A stretch of 29,638 bases of DNA from Candidatus Thorarchaeota archaeon. GTDB taxonomy: Archaea > Asgardarchaeota > Thorarchaeia > Thorarchaeales > Thorarchaeaceae. The notes beneath the pieces were generated by a model, which made no database searches, was not told where the DNA came from, and saw only the letters and a program-made list of their open reading frames with translations. The position numbers and the translations under genes were made by a program. Positions 1 to 9,486 of the stretch are shown in pieces; position 1 is the stretch's first letter, and each line of letters opens with the position of its first letter. Location of the stretch: contig PRDH01000065.1 in assembly GCA_003345545.1 (NCBI GenBank), forward strand, positions 1-29,638, given 5' to 3'.

Positions 1-2
1 AG

Positions 3-944
3 CTAGTTGAGTATATCCCATATCAGATACGAGATTCATTTGTGTCACTTCTTTCCCTGCTAAGACCTAAGTCATCTGATGCGTCAAAGAGAAGGACCTT
101 TCCTATTGACGATCTTGCTGACAAATTGGACCCTTCGACTGAAGAGAAACGTGAGTTCTGGCAGAAGGACTTTGGAGTGGTAATGACCCACGATGTCGAC
201 ACAAGAGAGGGGTATGAGTACGGTCTGTCGAGGTTTGTTGAGATTGAACGGGCAGAGGACATGGTTTCTACGTTCAACATAGTGCCTAGCTCCTTTGAGT
301 ATGAAGTGGACCAGGACCTCATCACATTGCTTCTGCGAGATGGTTTTGACATCGGTATGCACGGGCTTCATCACGATGGAAAATTCGCCTTCCTCTCCGA
401 TGAGGATCAGAGAGCCAGAATCTTCAAATCAGTGACGCGGGCGAAGGAACTTGGTCTGCCGTCGCTTGGCTATAGGGCGCCCTGGCTTCACAGAACCAGA
501 GTGATGATTCGTTATCTTAGTGAAGCAGGATTCGAATGGGATTCTTCATTCCCGGACACGGATGATTCCACTATTGGTTATGCCTCCACGGGCAGCAGGA
601 CAGTCTTTCCATTCTATCCGATGTATAAGATGGGCGGGGAATGGACACGCAGTACTATCGTAGAAATACCTGTGTCAATGCCCCAAGATTGGACACTACT
701 GTACTACTACAAGCTCTCAGAGGAGAGCATATTGCGTGTCTTAAAGAAAAAGATGGAATACATCAAATCGCAAGGGGGCCTCGCCACTTTCATTCTACAC
801 CCAGACCAAGAGGACTTCGGTCATCCCAGACATCATAAGGCATACAAGGCACTTCTAAGAATCATTAAGGATGCAGACCCAGAGTTGATGACGTGCAGTA
901 GTCTAGCAAGACAGTGGAAGAACCGGTTTCCCTCTTCTCGATAG
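3..944 (+). CDS. Polysaccharide deacetylase (NodB/CE4-like) family protein, 5'-truncated at the window edge
   Basis: Motifs THDVD, GMHGLHHD, GYRAPWL, WDSS and LHP. The frame is open from position 3 (LVEYIPYQIRDSF...), so the true start probably lies outside the window. Confidence 0.8.
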   Translation, partial: LVEYIPYQIRDSFVSLLSLLRPKSSDASKRRTFPIDDLADKLDPSTEEKREFWQKDFGVVMTHDVDTREGYEYGLSRFVEIERAEDMVSTFNIVPSSFEYEVDQDLITLLLRDGFDIGMHGLHHDGKFAFLSDEDQRARIFKSVTRAKELGLPSLGYRAPWLHRTRVMIRYLSEAGFEWDSSFPDTDDSTIGYASTGSRTVFPFYPMYKMGGEWTRSTIVEIPVSMPQDWTLLYYYKLSEESILRVLKKKMEYIKSQGGLATFILHPDQEDFGHPRHHKAYKALLRIIKDADPELMTCSSLARQWKNRFPSSR

Positions 945-948
945 CAGA

Positions 949-2904
949 CTAAGTCAGATATGTGGGACAAGGCCATGTGTCACACTCAAGGCAGTTTATG
1001 CACTTATCCTCGTCCACAGCAATCTTTCCGTTATCAAGAAACAGAGCATCCCGGTCACACTGTGGAATACAGGATCCGCATGCTTGACAGAGAAGGGCTC
1101 TCCGAGTCGCCCGTTCCAATTGCTTGGCAAGACGTTCCACAGTCCGCTCATCGGGACCACGCACGACCACAGAACCAGAACTAAAGAGCGAAATATGGTT
1201 CTCTCCAGATGTTGTTCGAAGCGCACCGAGTTCCTCAGAAACCTTTGTACTCCCAAATACGGGCATGATTTTTGAGATTCTGTTCAGGTCAATGCCAGCC
1301 GAGAAGGAGCCTTCAAGACTGAAGCCAGATTTGGTGCATGGGGATACTCCTTTTGTGACGTTGAGCTCAATCTTCTCTCCGGGACTCTGTCGTGCAGGAG
1401 TGATACTCAAGCCAAGTCGGTTGATAAGTTCAAGCTGGCCCTTGGGTAGGTTCTTCCAGCGCCAAAATCCTAGCTCAAACCAGTCCTCTGGAAAACCATA
1501 GCGCTGCGCCCACTCTCTCATCTTCACCTCCCACTGCTTGTGGAGCTCAGGATGGGTCTGACGTAGACTCTCCAGTTCAGCAAGCGGCGATGCGGGACAT
1601 AGATAGCAGCCCATTCTGTGATAGCCCTTGGTATAGAGAGGGTTGAAGTCAGCCTTCATCTTGAATGTGTACAGCCATACCTCCAGAGCGTTCCAATTCT
1701 GTATCGGATTGGCTGAAACCTGCCCAGGAACCCACGGATTCTCTGTGACTCTGGGTTCTACGGATCTCTGGAAAGACTCCATCTTTCTCTGTCCCATGAA
1801 GGATAGGGTTTCGCTACCGAGCTCTGCAGCAATTGACGTGGCTGCTGGTCCCAGTTTGAGGACCTTGCAGCACCAACGAAAGTCTCTGGCTGGCGGGCCG
1901 AACACATCCAGAGACCGCCAGAATTGGTCTCCGGCTTTTTCGCCAATGATTCGTACCTTTCTCCCCTCCGCGAACCTGTGAATGAATTCGATGGTTTCAG
2001 GAAGCTCAAGGCCTGTATCCATGAAGAAGAGCGGGGGGCTCTCTCCTATTGCTCTCTCCACGACAAGGTAAGTCACGAGAGAGTCTTTTCCTCCGCTAAA
2101 GCCTACGACAACGGGAAGACCCTTGTTCCTTTCGATGACACGTCTAACAAAAGTGAGAGCCTCTTCCTCGATTCTTGCGAGATCATTCAGATTCGCCGCG
2201 ACAGCATCATCCCATGTCGATTCGACTGTATTCTCTGCTGGAGTGACAGGATTGGAAACCTCGCGAATCTTGACTGCGAATCCCTTGCTCTCTTTCCCCA
2301 TTTCAGCACCGCTCATTCGTGCAATGCCGGTGCCGAGTACAACGCCATCTGAATCGACAATCCAGACTTCGTCATCTACTTCTATCGCGGAGTCACAGCC
2401 CTGTACACCAGGAAGCATCAGATTTGCTCCATCTTTCAGATACTTCAGAACGCCGTCATGGATAGAAACCCACTTCTGCCGACTGACTGCACCGATTCTA
2501 CGAGCTCCTTCAATAGCAAGGAGAAATGTGTATCCGCGCTTTTCAATATCGAATCGTAATCTGCCGACCACGTACCCGTCCACAATGATCTCATACATGG
2601 CATCGAGCGAGGATACCTTATTCATCACTATTGTCTTGCTAGAAGGAAGTAGAGCAAGGCCCACACCGTTTCCAAATTGAGAGTCTATGGTGTCTATTGC
2701 CCTCTTCAGATGACCATCCATCGCCGGAAACGGGTCGCCTGGCGGTGACAGTTCTACTTGTCTTGGTAACGTACCGCAGGTGCTACACCCAGTTTCTGCG
2801 ATTCTTGGTACGTTGCATGAGTCGCACCAGAAGAACCGGATCTTGGTCAAGTAGGGTGCATGTCCTCTTCGGAACTTCCTGCGACTGTGTTTTTCTCTGG
2901 GCAG
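949..2904 (-). CDS. PAPS/APS-reductase-family protein with N-terminal Zn ribbon, PUA domain and C-terminal 4Fe-4S ferredoxin domain
   Basis: WCDSCNVP..CSTCG, PUA-like GANLMLPGV, PP-loop FSGGKDS, RWCCKVLK, RMGCYLCP, CQACGSCIPQC and CINCLEC. The ORF track starts at TTG 2850; the frame stays open to CTG 2904, which has GGAG upstream. Confidence 0.85.
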   Translation of the reverse strand: MPREKHSRRKFRRGHAPYLTKIRFFWCDSCNVPRIAETGCSTCGTLPRQVELSPPGDPFPAMDGHLKRAIDTIDSQFGNGVGLALLPSSKTIVMNKVSSLDAMYEIIVDGYVVGRLRFDIEKRGYTFLLAIEGARRIGAVSRQKWVSIHDGVLKYLKDGANLMLPGVQGCDSAIEVDDEVWIVDSDGVVLGTGIARMSGAEMGKESKGFAVKIREVSNPVTPAENTVESTWDDAVAANLNDLARIEEEALTFVRRVIERNKGLPVVVGFSGGKDSLVTYLVVERAIGESPPLFFMDTGLELPETIEFIHRFAEGRKVRIIGEKAGDQFWRSLDVFGPPARDFRWCCKVLKLGPAATSIAAELGSETLSFMGQRKMESFQRSVEPRVTENPWVPGQVSANPIQNWNALEVWLYTFKMKADFNPLYTKGYHRMGCYLCPASPLAELESLRQTHPELHKQWEVKMREWAQRYGFPEDWFELGFWRWKNLPKGQLELINRLGLSITPARQSPGEKIELNVTKGVSPCTKSGFSLEGSFSAGIDLNRISKIMPVFGSTKVSEELGALRTTSGENHISLFSSGSVVVRGPDERTVERLAKQLERATRRALLCQACGSCIPQCDRDALFLDNGKIAVDEDKCINCLECDTWPCPTYLT

Positions 2905-2953
2905 CTAGAGCATCTCCAATTATTCTTTATCGGTCTGCGGACAGTGGACATTT

Positions 2954-4753
2954 TCACCTTTCGATAGGGATGTTAAGGCTCTTCAGCAGTTTCCCAGTAG
3001 GTCGTCCCTCTTTGTCCCAACCTCTCCGAGAATAGTACTCTGGAAGCATCACATCAATCTGAGCAACCCTATTTCTCGAGCCACCTTCTGTGAGCGGAGT
3101 GGAAAAGCGTGGAGGCAGAGTGTCATCGCTCTTCCCAAATCCCTCACGTATGTTGAACAGCTTCTCAAGATTCCAAATCCGTGCTCCGATGCGCAGTAGT
3201 TCCTTACCATCGATCTTCAGACCCGTGCCTGCACTGACCATCGCGGCGTAGTCGTCTACTGTCCAGGCAAAGTTTGTGAATCTGCACACAACCATACAGT
3301 CCATAGCAGCAGATAGATTCTGGAATAGGATTACGAGGTCGGTCTTGCCTTCGGTTATATCACGATCTACTAACACGGGGCTTCCCATGATTTCAGGGCC
3401 AATCATGTAGGATCGAAGATGGCAGCCACCTCTGTTTGACGTGGCGTACCCAAGAGCGTGTCCCTGCACACCTCGTGGATCGTACGCTGGTATCTCAAGT
3501 CCCTTGACCTGCATGGCGAGCTCAGGAGCTCCATGATTCGTTGCGAAGACTTTGGAGCCTTTCCCCAGCTCCGCTCCCAGACCGCGGGCATAGGCGATAT
3601 CTTCGATCATTTCAAGAACTCCCGTCGTATCACCGAACCTGAGCGAATGCTCTAGTTTGCCCCTTTGAACAAGCTCCATGGCACATCCGAGAGTACTACC
3701 GACTGAGATTGTATCGATTCCCAGTAGGTTGCACTTGTCGTTCGCCAAAGCAATCCATTCCAGATTGTTGATTCCGCACTGCGGGCCAAGTGCCCATATC
3801 GACTCGAATTCGGGGCCGCCCATATCCTTGCCCCGCACCCGACTCATGCGTCCACAACCAATGGGACAACCAAAGCAATTGTAGGGCTTTAGAGAAAAGC
3901 GCTCTAGCAGTTTCTCTCCTGAAACCCCATCAGCATCATTGAATCTACCCTCTTGGAAGTTACGAGTGGGCAGCATTCCAGCCTCGTTTATCACACTGAC
4001 AAGGACTGGAGTACCATAGACTGGCAATGATTTGTCTGTCACTGGGTTCTTCTTGATAAGAAGACGTGCTCGCTCTACTGCCTCTCGCAGTTTCTCAGGC
4101 TGAGCAACGCCAGGAGTCTTAGTCCCACGAACGACCACTGCTTTAAGGTTCTTGGAGCCCATCACAGCCCCGACCCCGCCGCGACCCGCAGCCCGATGCT
4201 TGTCAGTCACAATAGCCGCGAGATTAATCATATTCTCCCCGGCAGGACCAATACAGGCCACCTGCGCTTTTTCATCGGTTTCCTTGATTAGCAGGTCGGT
4301 TGTGATGTCTGTGGTCTTTCCCCAGACCTTGGAGGCATCACGAATCTCGACCTGATTATCATTGATCCAGAGATAGACGGGTGATTTTGAGGCGCCAGTA
4401 AAGATGACTGCAGCAAGGCCAGCACGACGTAGCTGAGCGCCAAAGTATCCGCCTGCATTCGAGTCGAATATTGTTCCCGTAGCAGGAGACTTGGTAATCA
4501 CAACAAAACGACCACCTGTAGGGACAGATGTCGCAGTTGATGGGCCCACTGCAAAGACTAACCAGTTATCTGGGGAGAGAGGGTCAATGCCCGGCGCAAG
4601 ATTATCGTAGAGCAACTTCACACCCAGACCGCGACCACCGAGGTACTCCTTGTAGAGGCCCGGAGGCAGAGGCTTTCGAGTAATGGTCCTATCAGTCAGG
4701 GAGATGAAGAGCAGCTCAGCCTCAGAATATAGTTGCGTTGACGCATCAGACAC
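2954..4753 (-). CDS. aor: Tungsten-type aldehyde:ferredoxin oxidoreductase
   Basis: YLGGRGLG, KSPATG, CIGPAGEN, GRGGVGAVMGSKNLKA, CFGCPIGC, DTIS and RGGCH. AGGAGG lies upstream of the GTG start. Confidence 0.92.
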   Translation of the reverse strand: MSDASTQLYSEAELLFISLTDRTITRKPLPPGLYKEYLGGRGLGVKLLYDNLAPGIDPLSPDNWLVFAVGPSTATSVPTGGRFVVITKSPATGTIFDSNAGGYFGAQLRRAGLAAVIFTGASKSPVYLWINDNQVEIRDASKVWGKTTDITTDLLIKETDEKAQVACIGPAGENMINLAAIVTDKHRAAGRGGVGAVMGSKNLKAVVVRGTKTPGVAQPEKLREAVERARLLIKKNPVTDKSLPVYGTPVLVSVINEAGMLPTRNFQEGRFNDADGVSGEKLLERFSLKPYNCFGCPIGCGRMSRVRGKDMGGPEFESIWALGPQCGINNLEWIALANDKCNLLGIDTISVGSTLGCAMELVQRGKLEHSLRFGDTTGVLEMIEDIAYARGLGAELGKGSKVFATNHGAPELAMQVKGLEIPAYDPRGVQGHALGYATSNRGGCHLRSYMIGPEIMGSPVLVDRDITEGKTDLVILFQNLSAAMDCMVVCRFTNFAWTVDDYAAMVSAGTGLKIDGKELLRIGARIWNLEKLFNIREGFGKSDDTLPPRFSTPLTEGGSRNRVAQIDVMLPEYYSRRGWDKEGRPTGKLLKSLNIPIER

Positions 4754-4765
4754 TCATTGTTCCTC

Positions 4766-5587
4766 CTATTCTGTGAAGACATTATGGTCCTTGTTTGGGC
4801 ACATTAGACACCGCTGTTTATACCAGAGATACACTTCTTTGGGTTGTTTCGCTATGTTCGCCATGCGACTCGGGCATGTCCAGCAGGGTTTGTCAGGCTG
4901 CATCCAAGACTCACTATACTGAGCCCAACGGTAGTCTTCGATGATTCCTATCCCAGAGCTCGTCCCAAGTCTATTGGCTCCTGCATCTATCAGTCGGAGA
5001 GCCTCCTTGAATGTACGGATTCCTCCAGCAGCCTTTACGCCCATGGAGTCACCCACAGTTTCTCGCATGAGTTTGACATCATAGGGGGTCGCGCCCATCG
5101 GCCCAAATCCAGTTGAAGTCTTGACAAAATCAGCACCTGCCTCCTTCGACAGAAGACATGCCTTCTTCTTCTGATCATCAGTGAGCAGGCCGGTTTCGAG
5201 GATGACCTTCACAAGATCATCACCGGAGGCTGCGACTACTGCTTCTATGTCGCTCCGCACAAGATCGTAGTTCTCGTCACGCAAGGCGCCGACGTTAATC
5301 ACCATATCAACTTCTTGTGCCCCCCGTTTCACGACCTCACGAGTTTCCATGGCTTTGACCTCAGACAGAGTAGCTCCGAGTGGAAAGCCTATGACAGAAC
5401 ACACCTTTACTGCTGAGCCCTTGAGCAGCTGAGCTGCATACTCAATATGGACTGGGTTAATGCAGACTGCAGCAAAATTATACGACAATGCCTCTTCACA
5501 GAGCTGCTTTATCTTACTCTGCTTCGCCTCTGGTTTTAGCTCGGTATGGTCAATAGTCTGTGCAAGTTGTTCAACAGTGAGGGTCAT
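4766..5587 (-). CDS. deoC: Deoxyribose-phosphate aldolase with a Cys-rich C-terminal extension
   Basis: IDHTELK, VIGFPLG, EVDMVIN, KVILETG, FVKTSTGF, GVKAAGGIR and RLGTS. ATG 5587 has GGAGG upstream; the ORF-track extension to 5692 is unlikely. Confidence 0.93.
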   Translation of the reverse strand: MTLTVEQLAQTIDHTELKPEAKQSKIKQLCEEALSYNFAAVCINPVHIEYAAQLLKGSAVKVCSVIGFPLGATLSEVKAMETREVVKRGAQEVDMVINVGALRDENYDLVRSDIEAVVAASGDDLVKVILETGLLTDDQKKKACLLSKEAGADFVKTSTGFGPMGATPYDVKLMRETVGDSMGVKAAGGIRTFKEALRLIDAGANRLGTSSGIGIIEDYRWAQYSESWMQPDKPCWTCPSRMANIAKQPKEVYLWYKQRCLMCPNKDHNVFTE

Positions 5588-5657
5588 GGATTTGCCTCCG
5601 GAAATGGGAGGAGGCTGCCGAGCTGTATAAGCTCTTCGAAATGCCTGTTTGACTAAA

Positions 5658-6002
5658 CTAGTGTCCGACCAAGCACGACCTGATGTCGTCAAGGACCTCT
5701 TTCTGTAGCCTTATGACGTCATGGACCTCTATCTCCTCTGCGTCCTTCACCACCGAGTTAAGCTGCACCACAGTTCCGACAGCATCAACTTTCGAGAAGT
5801 CAACTGGGAATTCAACTTCTGCACCCTTCACAATGAGCTCAGAGCGTATCGGATGCAAGGCGATTCTTATGCTTCTAACAATGCCAATGCGTCGAGCCCT
5901 GTTATCAAGCACTTCCTTTCCCAAGATTCGACCCGGCATCTTGAGCTCGTAGAGCTCTGCTTCGATGCCTGGCATTGGTTCATTAGTGGTAGTAGTCATC
6001 AT
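5658..6002 (-). CDS. PRC-barrel domain protein
   Basis: ILGKEVLDNRARRIGIVRSIRI...FPVDFSKVDAVGTVVQL fits the PRC-barrel pattern. Confidence 0.75.
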   Translation of the reverse strand: MMTTTTNEPMPGIEAELYELKMPGRILGKEVLDNRARRIGIVRSIRIALHPIRSELIVKGAEVEFPVDFSKVDAVGTVVQLNSVVKDAEEIEVHDVIRLQKEVLDDIRSCLVGH

Positions 6003-6101
6003 GTCTAGGCTCCTTGTTCTGTAGGATGTATTTGTAGGAGGCTTTTTACAGTGAGTATTATCTCAGATGTGGAAATCCATGCTGCCTTCGGGGTTGTAGC
6101 T

Positions 6102-8414
6102 TTGACTGTATACGACAAGTACGTCGAGATGCCATTAATTAAGACCAAGACTATGGACTACAGAACGTATCAGGTGGACCTCGCAGACATAGCATCTCGT
6201 CAGAGCACAATAATAGTGCTGAGCACAGGACTGGGTAAGACTGTAATTGCCGCCCTGCTAACAGCAAAACGTCTGAAAGAGCATCAAGGCTCAAAAGTGC
6301 TCTTCCTCGCGCCATCGCGACCTCTTGTAGACCAGCAGGCGCGTTTTTTGAAACGCGTACTTGACTTGGAAGAGAGCCAGATTGTGTGCCTGACTGGGCA
6401 AGATGCTCCAGAGAGTAGGCATACCGTCTGGCAAGAGGCACGCGTCATTGTAATGACCCCACAGGCATTACAAAACGATTTGATACAGAGAAGCTACGAC
6501 CTCTCCAATGTTTCATTGATTGTCTATGACGAAGCTCACCGTGGCGTCGGCAACTATGCATATACCTTCGTTGCTGAACTCTATGAGAAACAGGGTCATA
6601 ATCAACTATCTCTTGGGCTCACTGCATCCCCCGGGCATCAGGCAGAGCACATCAAGACTGTATGTGAAAACTTGAGGCTGACTCATGTTGAAGTCAGGGA
6701 CGAAAAGAGCGAGGATGTGAAAGACTACATCGTATCTGTCGACTCAGAGGTGTACTATGTCCGGTTACCCTCAGAAGTTGAAGCCCTTCGAGACATATTG
6801 TATAGGCTTATGGAGGAGTATAGAGAACCCGTTGTCGATCATGGCTTTAGTCTGCCAGATAGCAGACGCCTGACAAGGAAGGAAATACTTCAGGCACAGG
6901 GCGCAGTACGAAAGGAGATAGGTTCATTCACGAATCCGCCACGAACTCTCTTTCTTGTCATTAGGAATCTCACTGCGCTCTTGAGGATAGCTCACCTCAT
7001 AGAGTTCATTGGAACGCAGGGTCTGACACCTACGATGAGATACATCCGCGGCATGTATGAAGAGATTAGTAACAAGAAGAGCTCGAAGGGATTGAAGGAT
7101 CTCGTCACGAGAGCAGAATTCAAGCAGTTCGAGGAGTTACTACAGGCTCTCATAGCGAAGGACTACAGACATCCAAAGGCTGATGCTGTTCTTGAGGTTG
7201 TCAGTGAACAATTGTCAGCTAACCTTGACTCCCGCATCTTGATCTTCACACGTTTTCGAGATACTGCTGCGGAAGTCACAGAAACACTGGAGCAACTAGA
7301 TGATGCACGTGTGAGCCGGTTTGTGGGACAGAGCTCCCGCGGCTCTGACAAGGGATTCAGTCAAAAGAAACAGGTGGAGATCCTAGACGGTTTCAGGAAT
7401 AATGAGTTCAACATACTTGTCGCAACACAGGTAGGAGAAGAGGGCCTTGATATTCCAGAGTGCAATCTTGTGATCTTTTACGACTGTGTCCCTTCAGTGG
7501 TCCCGTATATCCAGAGGAGGGGGAGAACAGGACGAAGAGCCCCTGGAAGAGTTGTGATTTTCGTGGCAAAGGGAACTCATGATGAGTTCTATCACTGGAG
7601 CGTGATGAGCAAGTTGAAGAAGATGCCAAAGGCTCTCAAAGAGGCTGAGGTCGACGAGAGCGAGAAACAGACAAGTCTTGAGGACTTTGCCAGAAACAGT
7701 GAGGCACAAGAAACCCCAGAGGCAATCACCAGAATTGCCCCAAAGACTGAACCTGAGCAGATAAGGCTCATCGTGGACTCGAGAGAGCTGCCCACTGCGG
7801 TGGCCCGTGAACTTGCTCGTCTGGATGTAGTAATATCCGGAGAGAGCCTTGAGATTGCAGATTATGTGGCATCTGAGGATGTTGCCATTGAACGGAAGGA
7901 GTCGAATGATTTCATTCAGTCACTCATTGATGGGCGACTCTTCGTCCAGCTAAGTGCTCTACGCTCAGCTTACCGACGTCCGGTCCTGATAATTGAAGGA
8001 GAACAGATCATTGGATTGAGAGGTGTGAACCCCGCTTCAATCTACGGAGCGCTGGCTTCCATTGCAATCAGAATTCAGGTCCCGATAATCTGGACACGCA
8101 ATGCAGAGGAGACTGCCAATGTTCTGTATCGTATAGCACATCTTGAGCAGGTCGCATCGAGAAAGCCATTGCGTACTCGATCAGGGGAAACCAAGACCAG
8201 TGATGCAGAAACCTTGGAGTACATACTCTCGGGATTCCCTGGAGTAGACACTGTGATATCCAGAGCATTGCTCACCGAGTTTGGCACATTGGGGCGTATC
8301 TTTTCTGAAGACGCCAAAGGCCTACAGAAAGTGAGAGGTGTTGGACCCAAGATAGCAGCTAGAATACGACACCTGCTCCAGGCTGAATATCCAAGATATG
8401 AAAAAGGAAACTGA
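6102..8414 (+). CDS. hef: Hef (FANCM-like SF2 helicase fused to ERCC4/XPF nuclease and HhH)
   Basis: TGLGKT, DEAH, TAS, EEGLDI and QRRGRTGR; ERCC4 motifs IVDSRE and ADY...ERK; C-terminal HhH. Start is TTG 6102 or GTG 6051. Confidence 0.93.
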   Translation: MTVYDKYVEMPLIKTKTMDYRTYQVDLADIASRQSTIIVLSTGLGKTVIAALLTAKRLKEHQGSKVLFLAPSRPLVDQQARFLKRVLDLEESQIVCLTGQDAPESRHTVWQEARVIVMTPQALQNDLIQRSYDLSNVSLIVYDEAHRGVGNYAYTFVAELYEKQGHNQLSLGLTASPGHQAEHIKTVCENLRLTHVEVRDEKSEDVKDYIVSVDSEVYYVRLPSEVEALRDILYRLMEEYREPVVDHGFSLPDSRRLTRKEILQAQGAVRKEIGSFTNPPRTLFLVIRNLTALLRIAHLIEFIGTQGLTPTMRYIRGMYEEISNKKSSKGLKDLVTRAEFKQFEELLQALIAKDYRHPKADAVLEVVSEQLSANLDSRILIFTRFRDTAAEVTETLEQLDDARVSRFVGQSSRGSDKGFSQKKQVEILDGFRNNEFNILVATQVGEEGLDIPECNLVIFYDCVPSVVPYIQRRGRTGRRAPGRVVIFVAKGTHDEFYHWSVMSKLKKMPKALKEAEVDESEKQTSLEDFARNSEAQETPEAITRIAPKTEPEQIRLIVDSRELPTAVARELARLDVVISGESLEIADYVASEDVAIERKESNDFIQSLIDGRLFVQLSALRSAYRRPVLIIEGEQIIGLRGVNPASIYGALASIAIRIQVPIIWTRNAEETANVLYRIAHLEQVASRKPLRTRSGETKTSDAETLEYILSGFPGVDTVISRALLTEFGTLGRIFSEDAKGLQKVRGVGPKIAARIRHLLQAEYPRYEKGN

Positions 8415-8424
8415 TTTTGCAGGT

Positions 8425-9111
8425 CTAGTATACCTTTGGGTTCTTCCCACCGCCTCTTCGATAGGCATCTCTAAGCCCATCTGTGATTAGCCGGCTGGTC
8501 TTCCAGTACTGCTCATAGTCGCTCTCGTTCAATCGCACAATGCTGAGAAGACTGCGAAACACCACATAGAGAATAGGGTCAATCTCACTTGCTTGCCGGA
8601 GAGTTTCTTTTGCGTACTCCCTGCCTGTGTCTAGTATTCTATCTCGCTTAGTCATCGCCTCTGCAATCTGCAGAATCTCACTCTCACTCTCAAACTTGAA
8701 GCCCAGATTCTTCATCGTTGAAACGATGTCCAGAGTCTTGTCAATGTCCCGAGGACTGTGTGCCTCAAAACCATCAAGATCCCCAGTTGTTATGAAGACA
8801 TTTTCAGCAGTAGCACGCCACAACTTCTGCATTATGTGGCTCTCGCCGTTTCCGGTTGGCTCGTATCCATCCATTTGAATAAGGCCACACTTCTCCAATT
8901 CCTTCAAGTGATAACGAACAGTCTGGGGTTTCACTTCCTTGTTGACATCTTGTTTAGACAGGAACTCCACTAATTCAGTAGTAGACATTTGTCTTGCTCT
9001 CAATGCATGCAGGATCTGTCTTCGGTTCTCATCACTGAGAGCCTTGTAGGCCTCAATTGCTTGTTGTCCTGTGAGAATCTTTAATGTATCCATGCGATTA
9101 CTGCCCTGCAC
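8425..9111 (-). CDS. ArsR-family winged-helix regulator with C-terminal extension
   Basis: KALSDENRRQILHAL...TVRYHLKELEKCGLI. AGGTGA lies 6 nt upstream of GTG 9111. Confidence 0.8.
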   Translation of the reverse strand: MQGSNRMDTLKILTGQQAIEAYKALSDENRRQILHALRARQMSTTELVEFLSKQDVNKEVKPQTVRYHLKELEKCGLIQMDGYEPTGNGESHIMQKLWRATAENVFITTGDLDGFEAHSPRDIDKTLDIVSTMKNLGFKFESESEILQIAEAMTKRDRILDTGREYAKETLRQASEIDPILYVVFRSLLSIVRLNESDYEQYWKTSRLITDGLRDAYRRGGGKNPKVY

Positions 9112-9171
9112 TGAGTATCACCTATTTGTCTCTACATGTATCGAGAGTTGAAGCGCTAGTGACTTCTTGAC

Positions 9172-9197
9172 TACTAATAGCCCTAGGGCTATTAGTA
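9172..9197. promoter_or_regulatory. Perfect 26-bp palindrome, candidate operator
   Basis: TACTAATAGCCCT|AGGGCTATTAGTA, 60 bp upstream of the ArsR-like gene. Confidence 0.6.
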
Positions 9198-9240
9198 TCG
9201 GTTTGCCAATCTCCATCCGGTGTACTGCCTTCGATTTGCT

Positions 9241-9486
9241 TTAAGCAGGTACATAGATCCATTGGCGCATGTCCTGTAGACAGGGTACACGCTTGATCAA
9301 GTGCTTCTTCAGAAGTTTTCGAAGTGCATAACGGACTGTCCTTGGTGCAAAAGAGACCTTGTCAAGGAGTTGCTTTGGAGTAACTCCATCCTGACCGCTG
9401 CTTCTGAGAATGTCCAGAACAATCATCTGGCTCTTTGTGAGCTTCATGCTCTTCAATTCCTCCTGAAGTTCAATTTCATTCATCAT
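9241..9486 (-). CDS. Small archaeal winged-helix (MarR/TrmB-like) DNA-binding protein
   Basis: LTKSQMIVLDIL...RTVRYALRKL...DMRQWIY. Confidence 0.8.
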   Translation of the reverse strand: MMNEIELQEELKSMKLTKSQMIVLDILRSSGQDGVTPKQLLDKVSFAPRTVRYALRKLLKKHLIKRVPCLQDMRQWIYVPA

